The notes beneath the pieces are model-generated. The model worked only from the letters and a program-made list of their open reading frames with translations. It made no database searches and had not been told where the DNA came from. A stretch of 64,000 bases of DNA. Origin: an uncultured Rhodospirillaceae bacterium (GTDB taxonomy: Bacteria; Pseudomonadota; Alphaproteobacteria; Rhodospirillales; UBA2165). Numbering within the stretch: position 1 is the stretch's first letter; each line of letters begins with the position of its first letter. The stretch lies in contig CAZSXT010000014.1 of the NCBI GenBank assembly GCA_964611435.1, positions 27,694-91,693 on the forward strand. The letters run 5' to 3'. The position numbers and the translations under genes are program-made. Shown one piece after another: positions 9,075-18,591 of this stretch.

Positions 9075-10538
9075 ATGGAAAATAGCTCAAACAGTTCGCC
9101 AGCCGCCGAAAGCCAGCAGGCCGGTTGGAGGCAAATTTTCACGGGCAAGCTTGGCGTATACAGCCTCATCGTCAACCTTGGGGTCGGACTATTCGCTATT
9201 GATACCTTTGTGATCTCCACCATCATGCCGACTGTGGTTGGCGACATCGGTGGAACGGAATATTATTCCTGGTCTGTGATGCTGTTTATGGTCGGCTCCA
9301 TCATGGGCGCCGCCGGCGCGGGCCCGGTCCGCGATCGGCTGGGGCGGCGCAACGGCTATGTCCTCGCGGGGCTAGTATTTCTGATCGGCAATATGGCGGC
9401 GGCGCTCGCGCCCAACATGTTGGTGCTGGTGTTCTGGCGTTTCGTGCAGGGGCTGGGCGGTGGGCTGATCATTTCCCAATCATACGGGCTGGTTGGTGAT
9501 GTTTATCCGCCGGCGATGCGGCCGCGTATTCTATCGATCATTTCGTCAACCTGGGGAATCGCCACGGTGATCGGGCCCGGCTTCGGCGGTATTTTTGCCG
9601 AGCTTGGCTTGTGGCGCGGCGCCTTTTGGGCGCTGGTGCCCCTCGCCGGGATATTCACGTTTTTGGCTTGGCGCAGCATTCCTGGCTCCGAAACCGAAGA
9701 AACGAAATCCCGGTTTCCGCTGTTTCGGCTTTTCGCTATGGGCGGCGGCATGCTCTGCGTCGGTTTTACCTCCCAAGTCGAAGACAATTTTCTGCGCGGG
9801 GCTCTCATCGTTGCGGCAATCGTTTTGGTGGTTATGGGTTTTCGCCGTGACGCTCAGTCCGAACGGCCGATGTTTCCTGCCAAAACCCTTGTCATCACGT
9901 CCGAGATCGGCGCCGCCTATTGGGTGATGCTGTTGATCACCGTCTCTTTCACCATCGCCATTCTCTACACCACACTCTATCTGCAAATTATCCATAAACA
10001 GCCGCCCCTGGTGTCGGCTTATATTAATGCCATCATGTCGTTCTGCTGGACCACCAGCGCCATTGTGGTTGCCGGATTCAAGGGCCGTTGGATATGGGGG
10101 TCGATCATCGGCGGCGGCGGGTTGCTGGTCGCCGGCGCGGCGGTGCTGCTGGCCCAGGCGACGACGGGCCATGTGATTTTTGTCGGGGTGGGGCTGGCTT
10201 TGATCGGGCTCGGCATGGGCCTTACCAACAATCACGTCATCGCACTCGCGATATTGGCGGCGCCCAAGGGCGGGGAAGCCCTGGCCGGTTCCTCTGTTCA
10301 GACCATGCGCAACTTAGGTCTTGGGTTCGGGGCGGCCGCCGCGGGATTGTTCGCCAATGCCGCGGGGATCACGACGGCCGGGGTGGAGCTGTCCGTCACA
10401 GGCCATGTCAGCGCTTCGAACCCGTCGATGGTTGCCTATGCCATTAACTGGGTGCACGGCGCCGATCTCGGCGTGGCGCTGTTGACCTTGCTGGTCATTC
10501 TGTACTACTTCGGCAAAGCAAAGCATCGGACAGAGTAG
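9075..10538 (+). CDS. MFS transporter (14-TM DHA2-like)
   Basis: About 14 hydrophobic segments and MFS motif-A-like GPVRDRLGRRNG. I prefer the ATG at 9075 to the TTG at 9039. Confidence 0.8.
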   Translation: MENSSNSSPAAESQQAGWRQIFTGKLGVYSLIVNLGVGLFAIDTFVISTIMPTVVGDIGGTEYYSWSVMLFMVGSIMGAAGAGPVRDRLGRRNGYVLAGLVFLIGNMAAALAPNMLVLVFWRFVQGLGGGLIISQSYGLVGDVYPPAMRPRILSIISSTWGIATVIGPGFGGIFAELGLWRGAFWALVPLAGIFTFLAWRSIPGSETEETKSRFPLFRLFAMGGGMLCVGFTSQVEDNFLRGALIVAAIVLVVMGFRRDAQSERPMFPAKTLVITSEIGAAYWVMLLITVSFTIAILYTTLYLQIIHKQPPLVSAYINAIMSFCWTTSAIVVAGFKGRWIWGSIIGGGGLLVAGAAVLLAQATTGHVIFVGVGLALIGLGMGLTNNHVIALAILAAPKGGEALAGSSVQTMRNLGLGFGAAAAGLFANAAGITTAGVELSVTGHVSASNPSMVAYAINWVHGADLGVALLTLLVILYYFGKAKHRTE

Positions 10539-10554
10539 GTCGCTGAAAAAGCCT

Positions 10555-10869
10555 CTAGTGTCCGCTGATTTCCGCATGGAGCGGTTTTGTTTCTTCGAAC
10601 TTGGCTTTTTGTTCATCGGACGCTGCGGTTTGATGCTTTTCTTTCCATTCGTTGTAGGTCATGCCGTAAATGACCTCCCGCGCCTGGTCGTAGTCGATCT
10701 CCACATTCCGCTCTTCGGCGGCGGCCATGTACCACTTGGCCAGGCAGTTTCGGCAAAAGCCGGCGAGGTTCATGACGTCAATATTCTGTACGTCGGTGCG
10801 CTTCTGGAGATGTTGAACGAGGCCACGAAAGACGGCGGCTTCGATTTCGATACGGGTTTGATCGTCCAT
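10555..10869 (-). CDS. DUF1244-family protein
   Basis: Conserved MNLAGFCRNCLAKWY core. The start is at MDDQTR. Confidence 0.8.
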   Translation of the reverse strand: MDDQTRIEIEAAVFRGLVQHLQKRTDVQNIDVMNLAGFCRNCLAKWYMAAAEERNVEIDYDQAREVIYGMTYNEWKEKHQTAASDEQKAKFEETKPLHAEISGH

Positions 10870-11165
10870 GACGGGTATTCTCCTTCGCAAATTGTTCGAC
10901 GCAATATGTAGCTCTCCGATGGCAACACTGCAATTCCCGGAACTGTGATTAATGACGTTGGCCCCGTTGTTTTCGCAGTAGCCTTGATTTGCACATTAAT
11001 CCTGGAATTATCCCTGCATTACCAACAAGTTATCCACAGTTTTTCCCCAGATTGCTTCGGCTCCGGCCCCTGGGCTGCGATTGTTCTGTAACTCCCGAGT
11101 ATGATACATTTCGCAGCCCGGATAGGAGAGCCGGGGCCACGCCAGAGATCATTCGGGAGGATAGA

Positions 11166-14100
11166 ATGGCGATCAATTCATCCGGCAATCCGGAGTCCGG
11201 AAATCCGTCCATAGAGGTGGTTCACGACTCGCTGTCGAAGCAGGACCCGGCGCCGGAAGATCTTCAGGCCGATCCGGAACCGATTGTCCCGCCGGGATCG
11301 TCCGTCGAGCCCGACATCTATATTCCGCCCAAAGCCCCTGAATGGAATCCGCCGTTTTACGCGCGCTACCGGCTTCTGAGCGTCTCTGCAATTTTGCTAA
11401 CGGTGGCGTGGGTTTTTCTATCAGGGTTTTATGTGACCGAAAGTCTGAACGTTGTGGATTTCAACGCTTTGCTGCCGCACGAGGTGGGGGGACTGGCCGC
11501 GGGTATTCTAACGCCGATTGCCCTGTTGTGGATTGTGGTCGCCTATTTCGAGCGCGCCCGGATTTATGAACGTGAGGCCGCCAGTCTGCGTTGGCATCTG
11601 GAACAGCTGACGTTCCCTACGGAAACGGCCGAAACGCGCGTCAACCAAATCACCAATGTATTACGGGCCCAGGCGAAGGCGCTGACCAGCAGCTCGGAAG
11701 AGGCTGCCAGCCGTGCCGCCGAAGCGACCGCGATGATCCGGCAACAAACCGTGGCTCTGTCGGCGGCGTCGGATGAAGCGACCCTTAAGGCGGAAAGTGC
11801 TGGAGAGAAGCTGCGCCAACAAGTAGAGGACTTGGTCTCAGCTTCAGACCGAGCGATCAACCGGGCGCGCGAAGCCGGCAATGTTCTCCACCACCAGTCG
11901 CATGACTTGATCAATGTGTCGCAGCAGGCGGCTTCGCGCACCGAGGACATTACGACAGCGCTGCAGAAAAGCGGCGAGGAGTTGATGCGGGTTGCCGATG
12001 ATGCGTCCCGCAAGGCTCACGATACATCCGAATTGTTTGCGAAACGCTCGGAAGTGCTGTCGGAAGTGTCCAGTGCCGCCTCGGTACGGGCCGAGAAAAT
12101 GGGCGCGGATCTAACCCTGCACACCGATGCGTTGAAAGGTGCGACCGAAGCCGCCGCCCGGCGGGTGGAATCGGCCAGCGAGAATCTCCGCGACTTTGCA
12201 CAGGATATGACTCGCCGGTCCGACGAGGCGCAACGTCAAGCCGAAGCCATGAGTGACATGTTAAATCGCCAAGTGGAGGTCATTGCCGAAGCGGTGCTCA
12301 AATCGTCCGCGCAGACCAACGACATCGTCAAGCAAGTGGCGGAAGAAGCGCGAAATCTGGTCGAGACCACCGACGACGTGCTGCGTAAAGTGAAAGAGGC
12401 CGGTGTGGAACTGGCGACCAACACCGGTGATTTGCAGGCGGCCGGCCAGCAGGCTTCTCAAACCATGCACGGGGCGACGGCTGCCTTCCGTGCCCAGGCA
12501 GGCGCACTTGAGGCGATGACTGAAAAGGCAGCGGAACGAACCAGTCACGTTACCGGCCAGTTCCAAGGCGCGACCGAGACCATGGAGGCGGCCACCGAAG
12601 GCTCGCTCGGACAGCTAGGTGAGGTGGCCGAGGAGTTGCGCTCCCTGGCCGATGCGCTGACGGCACATACCGAACGCGCCGTCGCCGATATGAACGATGC
12701 TGGCCAAAACATGCAAGGCAAGTCCGATCACATTACCCGGCTTAGTGATCTTGTGGTGCTCCGTCTTGGAACCACCAGTGAGGCGTTGCGCAAAAAAGCC
12801 GAGGAACTGGGCGAGGTCTCCAAGAGCGCCAACGCGTTGATCGACGAGTCCAGTGAGCGGTTGCACCAAGCCAAGCTTGAACTGAAGGAAGCGGCGGACG
12901 GCAGTGTCGGCAATGTGGACAGGGTGACCGCCGCGCTTCGTCGTGATCTGGCCGAGATGGTCGAGGCCGCCAAGGCCGCTGCCGGGGTCAGCGATGAATT
13001 TTCGGAAAGGATCGACCGGGTGGCACGGGAGTCGGATGAAGCGGCTGCCAATCTACAGCGGCTTAATGAGGCTGTTGAGGATCAGGTGCGGAATCTGGCC
13101 GCCACTTCCAAAGCCGCCAACGGCGATATGTCTTCCGTGTCGGAGCAACTGGCAGCTCAATCCAGACAGATCAGCAAGGCTGCCAATGACACCGTCGAAA
13201 GCGTGGGCAAGGTGGGCGCCGTGCTCGAAGAAAGAACCAGGGTGATTGGGGAGTCGTCGACCAAGGCGACCGAGCGGCTGCGGGCGGTCGGTATCGTTTT
13301 GGAGCGCAGGGCCGAAGAACTGAACGCCGCCTCCGACGATGCCACGACCAAAGTCAACGCCGTTGCAGATATCATGAGCGGAAAATCCACCGAAATTCTG
13401 CAAACTGCTGAACAGGCGGCCAAGGAAGTCTCCACCGCCAGTGAGGCCATGGGCTATCAGTCCCAGGAAGTGGCGCTCGCGTCAGACCGGGCGGCCAAAC
13501 TTTTGGCGCTGGTGAATGATGCCCTGAAGCAGCAGTCCCGTGATCTTAACCGGACAACCGACAATGCCGCCGATCAGATCGACAATGTCAGCGAAAAACT
13601 GGCGCAACGGTCTCAGGAGCTGACCAGCATTGCCGACAACGCGGTCACACGCATGGACGAGACTTGGGAGACCCTGGAAGACCGAGCCGACAAGATGCGC
13701 ATTCTGTCATCCGATTTGATTACGCAGGTGGGTGATGCGGCGACAGCTTTGCATGAGCGTTCCCAAGAGTTGGCCTCGGCCTCCGACAATGCAGTCTCCG
13801 ATGTTGAGACCGTGGGCGACACGCTTCTGGAACAGTCTAGGGAGGCGGCGACGGCAGCGGATCAGGCCGCTGCGCGTCTTAGCAAGATCGCCAGCGAACT
13901 CGGATCCAGTTTCGCCGAAATCAACGAGACCTCGACCAATACGGAAGAGCGGATGCACCTGATGGGCGCCAATTTCCGTCAACGGGCGGAGGAGTTCGCC
14001 CAGGCGGCGGGCGAGTCGACGGCTCATGTCCAGGCCTTTGCGGATGCGCTGCAGGAACGCTCGAAGGAAATGACCGGTGCGTCGGACGACGCGGCGTCCA

Positions 14101-15356
14101 AGATCGACGAGGTCGGACTGGCCTTGCAAGAACGCTCCCGCGAGGTGGCGTTGGCTGTTGATCGTGCCGCCAAGCTGCTTTCTGCGGTCACTTCCGGTTT
14201 GCAGCGCCATGCGGACACGATGAATACGGTTTCCGATCAGGCAGTCGAGAAGGCGGAGGATTTGGGCGAGGTCTTGAACTCTCAATCCGAGGAAATCGCC
14301 AAACTGACCGATCACAATGTGTCGGTGATGGATGAAAGCAGCCGGATGGTGCGCCAGCGGCTCGATGATTTGGCGGCATCTTCTGATCGGGCCATTGCCA
14401 AATTGTCGTCGGCGTCTGATGTCGCCGTAACGAGCACGGATCAGCTGGCCGATGCCTCTCGCGCGGCCGCAGAGACGGCGGCCCAGGCGGATAAAAATTT
14501 CCGCAATACGTCTCACAATATGTCGCGGGCGGCTGAGCAGAACATGATCAAGCTGAAGGAAATCAGTGATCAGTTGCGCAAACACTCGCAGGATGTGAGT
14601 GTCGCTTCCGACCACTTGACCCTCAAAATGGGGTCGGCTGGCGGTGAGCTCCGTAAGCAGCTGGATGAAATTTCCGATTCTTTCGACGAAGCTCTGGGCG
14701 GGATAGAGTCTGTGGGTGCAAGTGTAGAAGACAAATCCCGTCTGGCCTCTCGGGCGGCGGAACGGGCAACCCACAGCATGGAAGTCTGGGGCGAGGCCAT
14801 GGAAAAAGGCACGGCCAAGGCTTCCCGAGCAGCACAACAAATAAGTACCGAAGCGCAGGAGGCGTCCCGTGCGGTTTTAAAACAGACCGAGGCGCTGACC
14901 AATGTCTCCAACCGGGCGCGCGAGATTTCGGAGGCGTTGACCGAGCAGACCAAAGTCGCCGGCACTGGCGAATTCCTCAAGCGGATGTCGTTGATCACCG
15001 AAGCTTTGGAATCGGTCGCCATCGACCTGAACCGGGTTCTCGAAACCCGTGTCAGCGAAGATGACTGGCAGAAGTTCAGCCACGGCGACAAGAGCGTGTT
15101 CCTGCGCAAAATTCTCGGCATGCGGTCCAAATCCAAATTGGGCCGGATCACCAAGCTTTATCGGGAAGACAGCGAATTCCGGGATTATGTTACCCGTTAT
15201 CTGCGCCAATTTGATGGGTTGATCGCTGATGCCAAAAAGACCGACCAGGAAGGCGTGCTGAGCGCGGGATTCATGACCTCTGATGCGGGTAAGGTCTACA
15301 TGTTGCTCCGTGCCGCGCTCGATTGGGAAACTGGCGGCGACGTGGAAGAGGATTAA
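11166..15356 (+). CDS. Giant membrane-anchored repeat protein (1,396 aa): two N-terminal TM helices, about 1,100 aa of degenerate ~25-residue helical repeats, conserved-looking C-terminal domain
   Basis: The ATG at 11166 lies 5 nt after GGGAGGA. TM helices are LLSVSAILLTVAWVFLSGFYV and GGLAAGILTPIALLWIVVAYF. The long A/E/S/D/R-rich periodic region contains no Pro or Cys. A C-terminal domain of about 127 aa starts FLKRMSLITEALESV. Confidence 0.85.
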   Translation: MAINSSGNPESGNPSIEVVHDSLSKQDPAPEDLQADPEPIVPPGSSVEPDIYIPPKAPEWNPPFYARYRLLSVSAILLTVAWVFLSGFYVTESLNVVDFNALLPHEVGGLAAGILTPIALLWIVVAYFERARIYEREAASLRWHLEQLTFPTETAETRVNQITNVLRAQAKALTSSSEEAASRAAEATAMIRQQTVALSAASDEATLKAESAGEKLRQQVEDLVSASDRAINRAREAGNVLHHQSHDLINVSQQAASRTEDITTALQKSGEELMRVADDASRKAHDTSELFAKRSEVLSEVSSAASVRAEKMGADLTLHTDALKGATEAAARRVESASENLRDFAQDMTRRSDEAQRQAEAMSDMLNRQVEVIAEAVLKSSAQTNDIVKQVAEEARNLVETTDDVLRKVKEAGVELATNTGDLQAAGQQASQTMHGATAAFRAQAGALEAMTEKAAERTSHVTGQFQGATETMEAATEGSLGQLGEVAEELRSLADALTAHTERAVADMNDAGQNMQGKSDHITRLSDLVVLRLGTTSEALRKKAEELGEVSKSANALIDESSERLHQAKLELKEAADGSVGNVDRVTAALRRDLAEMVEAAKAAAGVSDEFSERIDRVARESDEAAANLQRLNEAVEDQVRNLAATSKAANGDMSSVSEQLAAQSRQISKAANDTVESVGKVGAVLEERTRVIGESSTKATERLRAVGIVLERRAEELNAASDDATTKVNAVADIMSGKSTEILQTAEQAAKEVSTASEAMGYQSQEVALASDRAAKLLALVNDALKQQSRDLNRTTDNAADQIDNVSEKLAQRSQELTSIADNAVTRMDETWETLEDRADKMRILSSDLITQVGDAATALHERSQELASASDNAVSDVETVGDTLLEQSREAATAADQAAARLSKIASELGSSFAEINETSTNTEERMHLMGANFRQRAEEFAQAAGESTAHVQAFADALQERSKEMTGASDDAASKIDEVGLALQERSREVALAVDRAAKLLSAVTSGLQRHADTMNTVSDQAVEKAEDLGEVLNSQSEEIAKLTDHNVSVMDESSRMVRQRLDDLAASSDRAIAKLSSASDVAVTSTDQLADASRAAAETAAQADKNFRNTSHNMSRAAEQNMIKLKEISDQLRKHSQDVSVASDHLTLKMGSAGGELRKQLDEISDSFDEALGGIESVGASVEDKSRLASRAAERATHSMEVWGEAMEKGTAKASRAAQQISTEAQEASRAVLKQTEALTNVSNRAREISEALTEQTKVAGTGEFLKRMSLITEALESVAIDLNRVLETRVSEDDWQKFSHGDKSVFLRKILGMRSKSKLGRITKLYREDSEFRDYVTRYLRQFDGLIADAKKTDQEGVLSAGFMTSDAGKVYMLLRAALDWETGGDVEED

Positions 15357-16678
15357 TCTGCGTAGCGGTTCTTGGGCCGGGGCAGGCCCATATTTTCCCG
15401 GAAGGTCTTGCCTTCATATTCCCTGCGGAACAGGTCCCGGCGCTGCAGTTCCGGGATGACACGATCAATGAAGTCGTCCAAGCCACCCGGTAGATAGGGG
15501 AACATGATCGTGAAACCATCGCTGCCACGCGTCTCTAGCCATTCTTCCATCTCGTCGGCAATCATTTCCGGCGTTCCCATGATGCAAAGGCCTGAATAAC
15601 CGCCCAATCGTTGGGCCAACTGCCGGACTGTCAGGCCTTCGGTTTCCGCCATTTGGATGACCCGGTCGCGGCCGCTCTTGGACTGATTGCTCTCCGGCAA
15701 CTCGGGTAATGGGCCGTCGAGATCGAACTTGGACGCGTCGGAGCCAATAGCGATGGAGAGGGACGCAATCGCGCTGTCCAGATGCACCTTGCTGTCGAGC
15801 ACGGCGCGTTTTTCACGGGCTTCTTCCAAGGAGTCGCCCACAATCACCATGCAGGCCGGCAGGATACGCATGTTTTCCGGATCGCGCCCAGCGGCCTGCA
15901 TCCTGGTTTTGACGTCCGAATAGAATTCCTGCCCCAGCTTGAGGGTGCGGTGAGAGGTAAATACTGCCTCCGCCGTTTCCGCCGCCAGTTGCCTGCCCGA
16001 ATCCGAGGAACCTGCCTGTACGATTACCGGCCAGCCCTGAACCGGCCGGGCAATGTTCAACGGTCCACGGCATTTCAGGAACTCCCCGTCATGGTCCAGC
16101 ACGTGCATCTTGTCGGGGTCAAAGAAAATACCCTCGTCCACGTCCCGGATGAATGCGTCTTCTTCCCAACTGTCCCAGAGGCCGGTGACGACTTCATAGA
16201 ATTCCCGCGCCCGGCGATAGCGCTCGCTATGTTCCAGATGATCTTCGAGGCCAAAGTTCTTAGAGGCGTCCGGGTTCGACGTGGTGACGATGTTCCAGCC
16301 CGCCCGGCCGCCGGAGATATGATCAAGGGACGAAAACCGCCGGGCGACGTGATAAGGCTGCTCGTAAGTCGTGGAGCCGGTGGCCACCAACCCCAGATGT
16401 TCCGTCACCATGGCCAGCGCCGGCAGAAGCGTCATGGGTTCGAACGAGGTGACCGTGCCGCTGCGTTTCAAGGCGTCCATGGGCATGTTGAGGACAGCCA
16501 GATGGTCGGCCATAAAGAAGGCATCAAATTTTCTCTCTTCCAGACGTTGGGCGAAGTGCTTGATGTGCTGGAAGTTGAAGTTGGCGTCGGCATAGGCGCC
16601 CGGATAGCGCCACGCCCCGGTGTGAATGGTGGCCGGGCGCATGAAGGCGCCGAGGCGCAGTTTGCGGTCTGAACTCAT
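15353..16678 (-). CDS. LLM-class flavin-dependent monooxygenase (NtaA/SnaA/DszA family)
   Basis: 441 aa with N-terminal KLRLGAFMRPATIHTGAWRYPGA and FMADHLAV blocks typical of the family. Confidence 0.85.
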   Translation of the reverse strand: MSSDRKLRLGAFMRPATIHTGAWRYPGAYADANFNFQHIKHFAQRLEERKFDAFFMADHLAVLNMPMDALKRSGTVTSFEPMTLLPALAMVTEHLGLVATGSTTYEQPYHVARRFSSLDHISGGRAGWNIVTTSNPDASKNFGLEDHLEHSERYRRAREFYEVVTGLWDSWEEDAFIRDVDEGIFFDPDKMHVLDHDGEFLKCRGPLNIARPVQGWPVIVQAGSSDSGRQLAAETAEAVFTSHRTLKLGQEFYSDVKTRMQAAGRDPENMRILPACMVIVGDSLEEAREKRAVLDSKVHLDSAIASLSIAIGSDASKFDLDGPLPELPESNQSKSGRDRVIQMAETEGLTVRQLAQRLGGYSGLCIMGTPEMIADEMEEWLETRGSDGFTIMFPYLPGGLDDFIDRVIPELQRRDLFRREYEGKTFRENMGLPRPKNRYAD

Positions 16679-16822
16679 GCTTGTCTGTCCTCTCAGCTAA
16701 CACCCACATCTTAATTGATGAACGGCGAGAGGCAATCAGGGGATGCGTTCTACCGTGATGACTTGGCTGAATTTTTCGTTATCATCCAGGCAACAATCAA
16801 TATTCATAACGGGGGGGGCTGT

Positions 16823-17812
16823 ATGTCCGTACTTAATCTGTCCATCGCGACCACAGACTATGACCATTTCCGCGATATCCGTCTGGGCGCGGTCAAGCCG
16901 GAAGGGATTGATCTAAACTGGTTTACGTTGGGGCATCACGAATGCTTCGCTCGTTTTACCGCGAACCGGGAATTCGATTTGTCGGAACTGTCCTTCGCCA
17001 AGTTCACGACGCAAGTGACGCGGGATGATACGGACGTGGTGGGTTTACCGATCATCTGTTCCAGGCTGTTCCGGTTCAGTTCTTTCTATGTGAACAAGAA
17101 CAGTAACATCCAAACGATTGCGGACCTGAAGGGTAAAACCGTTGGCTCCCCCGAATGGGCGCATTCAGCGGCTGTTTATATGCGAGGCTGGATGCACAAC
17201 GACATGGGCGTGAAGCTTCAGGACGTCCATTGGGTGCAGGCCGGCGCCAACTCTCCTGGCCGTAAGGAAAAGGTGGAGGTGAACCTGCCCGATGGCGTGC
17301 AGCTCACCCGCATTCCCGATAAATCCCTGAGCGAGATGGTCGCCTCGGGCGAGCTGGACTGTGCGCTGATTGCCCGACCGCCAAACTGCTTCATCGAAGG
17401 CCACCCCGATGTGGTGCGGCTGTTTCCGGATTACCTGGAGATGGAAGAAAAGTACTACGGCGACACCGGTGTCTGGCCGATCATGCATATCATCGCCATT
17501 CAAAAACATATCGTGGATGAAAACCCCTGGGTGCCGCGTAACCTGTTTAACGCCTTCCAGGAATCAAAACGCCGCAGCCTCGAACGTATTTTCGATCCGG
17601 CCGTGTCCCGCTATCCGCTTGCGTGGCTGCCGACTTATGCCCGGAAGATGGCGGATATGTTCGGCCCGGATACATTCCCCTACGGGATCGAGGCGAACCG
17701 TAAGACCTGGGAGCAGATGGCGCTCTATACCTATCAGCAGGGGATCGCTCACCGGCAGTTCAAGCCCGAGGAAATCTTCCCGGCAGGTATCGAAACCGAA
17801 GTGATCGTGTGA
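16823..17812 (+). CDS. 4,5-dihydroxyphthalate decarboxylase-like (PhtD family, SBP-fold) protein
   Basis: The start MSVLNLSIATTDYDHFRDIRLGAVKPEGIDLNW resembles PhtD-type N-termini. The track start at 16715 is an over-extension. Confidence 0.65.
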   Translation: MSVLNLSIATTDYDHFRDIRLGAVKPEGIDLNWFTLGHHECFARFTANREFDLSELSFAKFTTQVTRDDTDVVGLPIICSRLFRFSSFYVNKNSNIQTIADLKGKTVGSPEWAHSAAVYMRGWMHNDMGVKLQDVHWVQAGANSPGRKEKVEVNLPDGVQLTRIPDKSLSEMVASGELDCALIARPPNCFIEGHPDVVRLFPDYLEMEEKYYGDTGVWPIMHIIAIQKHIVDENPWVPRNLFNAFQESKRRSLERIFDPAVSRYPLAWLPTYARKMADMFGPDTFPYGIEANRKTWEQMALYTYQQGIAHRQFKPEEIFPAGIETEVIV

Positions 17813-17819
17813 GGCGCGG

Positions 17820-18566
17820 ATGAGCGACACGCCCACTTCCGGCGGGCCCATCGCCGCCGATCTGATCGCGGACCTGGCCGCCGCCAGCCACATTCTGGCC
17901 GAGCGAGGCGTGGTTGACGCCTATGGTCATGTGTCCATGCGCCATCCGGATGCGCCTGACCGGTATTTCATGTCCAAGTCCATGGCCCCGGCGTTGGTCA
18001 CGCCGGACGATATCATCGAATATGACTTGGACAGCAATCCGGTGAACGCGGAAGGACGCGGCAGCTTTCTCGAACGTTTCATTCACGGTCAGGTTTATAA
18101 GGCCCGGCCAGACGTGAATTCCGTCGTGCACAGTCATTCGCCGTCGGTCATTCCGTTCGGGCTAGTGGATGTGCCCATGCAGGCCATGTTCCATAACGCG
18201 GCGTTCCTGGCCCAAGGCGTTCCTATTTTTGATATCAGCAAGAAGTTCGGCAACACGGATATGTTGGTCTCCGACAACGAAAAGGGCGTGGCCCTCTGTG
18301 ACTGCATGGGCGACAAGGATGTCAGCCTGATGCGGGCGCACGGTTCGGTGGCTTGCGGGCCCACCCTGCAGCTGGCCGTGTTCCGCGCCATCTTCACCGA
18401 AGTAAATGCGCGGGTGCAGCACTGGACCCAGGCCCTCGCACAGGGTTCACCCATGGCGGTGCTCAATGAAGAAGAAGGCATTCTGGCCGACGGCCCGAAC
18501 CAAGGGGCGAGCCTTCGCGGATGGGATCTGTGGCGGCGTCAGGTTCGTGAAGAATGCGGCTGGTAG
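17820..18566 (+). CDS. Class II aldolase/adducin-family protein (copy 1)
   Basis: GHVSMRHP and VHSHSP motifs of the class II aldolase/adducin N-terminal domain. Confidence 0.8.
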   Translation: MSDTPTSGGPIAADLIADLAAASHILAERGVVDAYGHVSMRHPDAPDRYFMSKSMAPALVTPDDIIEYDLDSNPVNAEGRGSFLERFIHGQVYKARPDVNSVVHSHSPSVIPFGLVDVPMQAMFHNAAFLAQGVPIFDISKKFGNTDMLVSDNEKGVALCDCMGDKDVSLMRAHGSVACGPTLQLAVFRAIFTEVNARVQHWTQALAQGSPMAVLNEEEGILADGPNQGASLRGWDLWRRQVREECGW

Positions 18567-18591
18567 CCGATACGATTTACTGGAGAGTGTT

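Noticed and set aside
11030-11038. Perfect consensus DnaA box TTATCCACA, with a 7/9 match TTATCCCTG at 11008-11016, upstream of the giant gene
   Set aside because: A single 9-mer match in about 128 kb of two-strand sequence is close to chance expectation (4^9 = 262,144). There is no cluster of boxes, no AT-rich unwinding element, and none of the usual ori-flanking genes. It could at most be a DnaA-titration or regulatory site.
10989-11165. TTG-initiated 59-codon N-terminal extension of the giant protein in the track
   Set aside because: The extension is Pro/Arg/Cys-rich and unlike the rest of the protein. A strong GGGAGGA RBS precedes the ATG at 11166.
13707-14840. 377-aa minus-strand ORF, plus several 60-190-aa ORFs, inside the giant repeat gene
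   Set aside because: These are shadow ORFs created by the biased, repetitive GC-rich codons of the plus-strand gene. Their products are Arg/Gly/Leu-rich low-complexity sequence. The plus-strand frame is continuous for 4.2 kb with an RBS.
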